Assembly (NCBI GenBank): GCA_050230475.1
Contig: JBFLGF010000082.1
Coordinates: 1-64,000, forward strand
DNA length: 64,000 nucleotides
From: Ancylonema sp.
Lineage: Eukaryota
Direction: 5' to 3'
Below the pieces are notes generated by a model. That model worked only from the letters and a program-made list of their open reading frames with translations. It ran no database searches and had not been told where the DNA came from. This document shows, one piece after another, positions 63,051 to 64,000 of the stretch. The position numbers and the translations under genes are program-made. Every line of letters starts with the position of its first letter. Positions within the stretch are counted from its first letter, which is position 1.

Positions 63051-63933
63051 GCGGTAAATCGAGTAACAACCGGTAACGAACGGTAGCCAAAGCAAAGATT
63101 GCAAGAATCTAGATCACAGAGATGCTAGGAATTTCACAATTTCACGAAATAGCTTTCACGATGATGATTCAGCACGCAAATTTCACAACAATTTCACAAA
63201 ATTTCACAGATAAATCACGAAAATCGTACAAATATCAATTTTAGCTACTCGTGGATGCACAGATATGATTCTATGCCAACGCAAAGAGGCAGGGGGGAAA
63301 AAAATCTGCACTTTTCACGTACCTTTCTTGAACTGTGCGCCGTCGAAGTCACGTAGTTGGTGGTCAGAGACCCTTTCGCTGAATTTGAGAGTACGGTGCT
63401 CGCTTGAATCGCGGCAGTGATTGTAAACACTCACACAACCGAGGCAGTTTTCGAGCTTTATTCGCTGTACTACTCACCGCTAGCAAGTTATCACACGCTG
63501 CTCTTACTTGACGGCTTGGGACGATTGGGACGATACTTCGCTTTAAGCGAGGAGTATCATAAATGCACATCAAAGCGACATAGGAGAATTACAGATCCTA
63601 GTGTCATGATATAGAGGGTCGGTGTACTTATGTCGAGGGAGCTTTGGCATACAATAAAAAAAAGGTCCATAGAAAAATCCTTACGACGAAGATGTCGTCA
63701 TATCAAAGCGAGCAGAAGTGGGGCGAAAAGTAAAAATATATATCATCACAACGCAATACTAGTTTACACGAATATCAATTTATATAAGTTTCTCGGTATA
63801 GTAAAACTAGTAAAACTTATATACTAAAATACTTTTGGGGGGGGGGGGAATATTCTTTTAGACAGGCTATTCATTCAGACAAGTGGAATAACTACACTCC
63901 CCAAGGTTTGGGGCGGATAATTTATATTATTTT

Positions 63934-64000
63934 AGAGAGGGAGAGGCGTTTTATTAAAGCACGATGGGAGCCCCATCTGAGTACAAGACGGACGTTATTT
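63934..64000 (-). mobile_element. 3' end of a second CRE-like non-LTR element
   Basis: TTTTATT.AAGCA.GATGGGA.CCCCATCTGAGTACAA matches 22044-22082. Confidence 0.75.

Overview
Eukaryotic nuclear DNA from a green plant lineage, most likely a streptophyte alga (inferred from TOC159, sucrose synthase, a plastid HMA-like gene and a plant-type tRNA-iMet primer binding site (PBS)). Intron-containing genes alternate with nests of transposons. Genes: UTP12/WDR3 (3' end outside the window), a TOC159-family receptor, an At5g14910-like plastid HMA protein, an RBL14/RHBDL4-type rhomboid with two in-frame stops, an intact sucrose synthase, a truncated LisH-CTLH gene and a TRF-like Myb gene. Mobile DNA: two related Ty1/copia elements with a half-tRNA PBS, a chromovirus-type Ty3/gypsy, CRE-clade non-LTR copies, and hAT, pogo and unclassified TIR elements. 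The most notable structure is the gypsy element. Its two LTRs lie about 22 kb apart in opposite orientation yet share one 5-bp target-site duplication (TSD, TAGAT), implying an inversion or rearrangement of about 25 kb that carries the rhomboid and sucrose synthase genes and cuts the LisH gene. Several introns have G-tracts where a polypyrimidine tract is expected. I found no RNA genes, CRISPR arrays or clearly new multi-gene system. Exon boundaries were read by eye and family names come from recalled motifs, not database searches.
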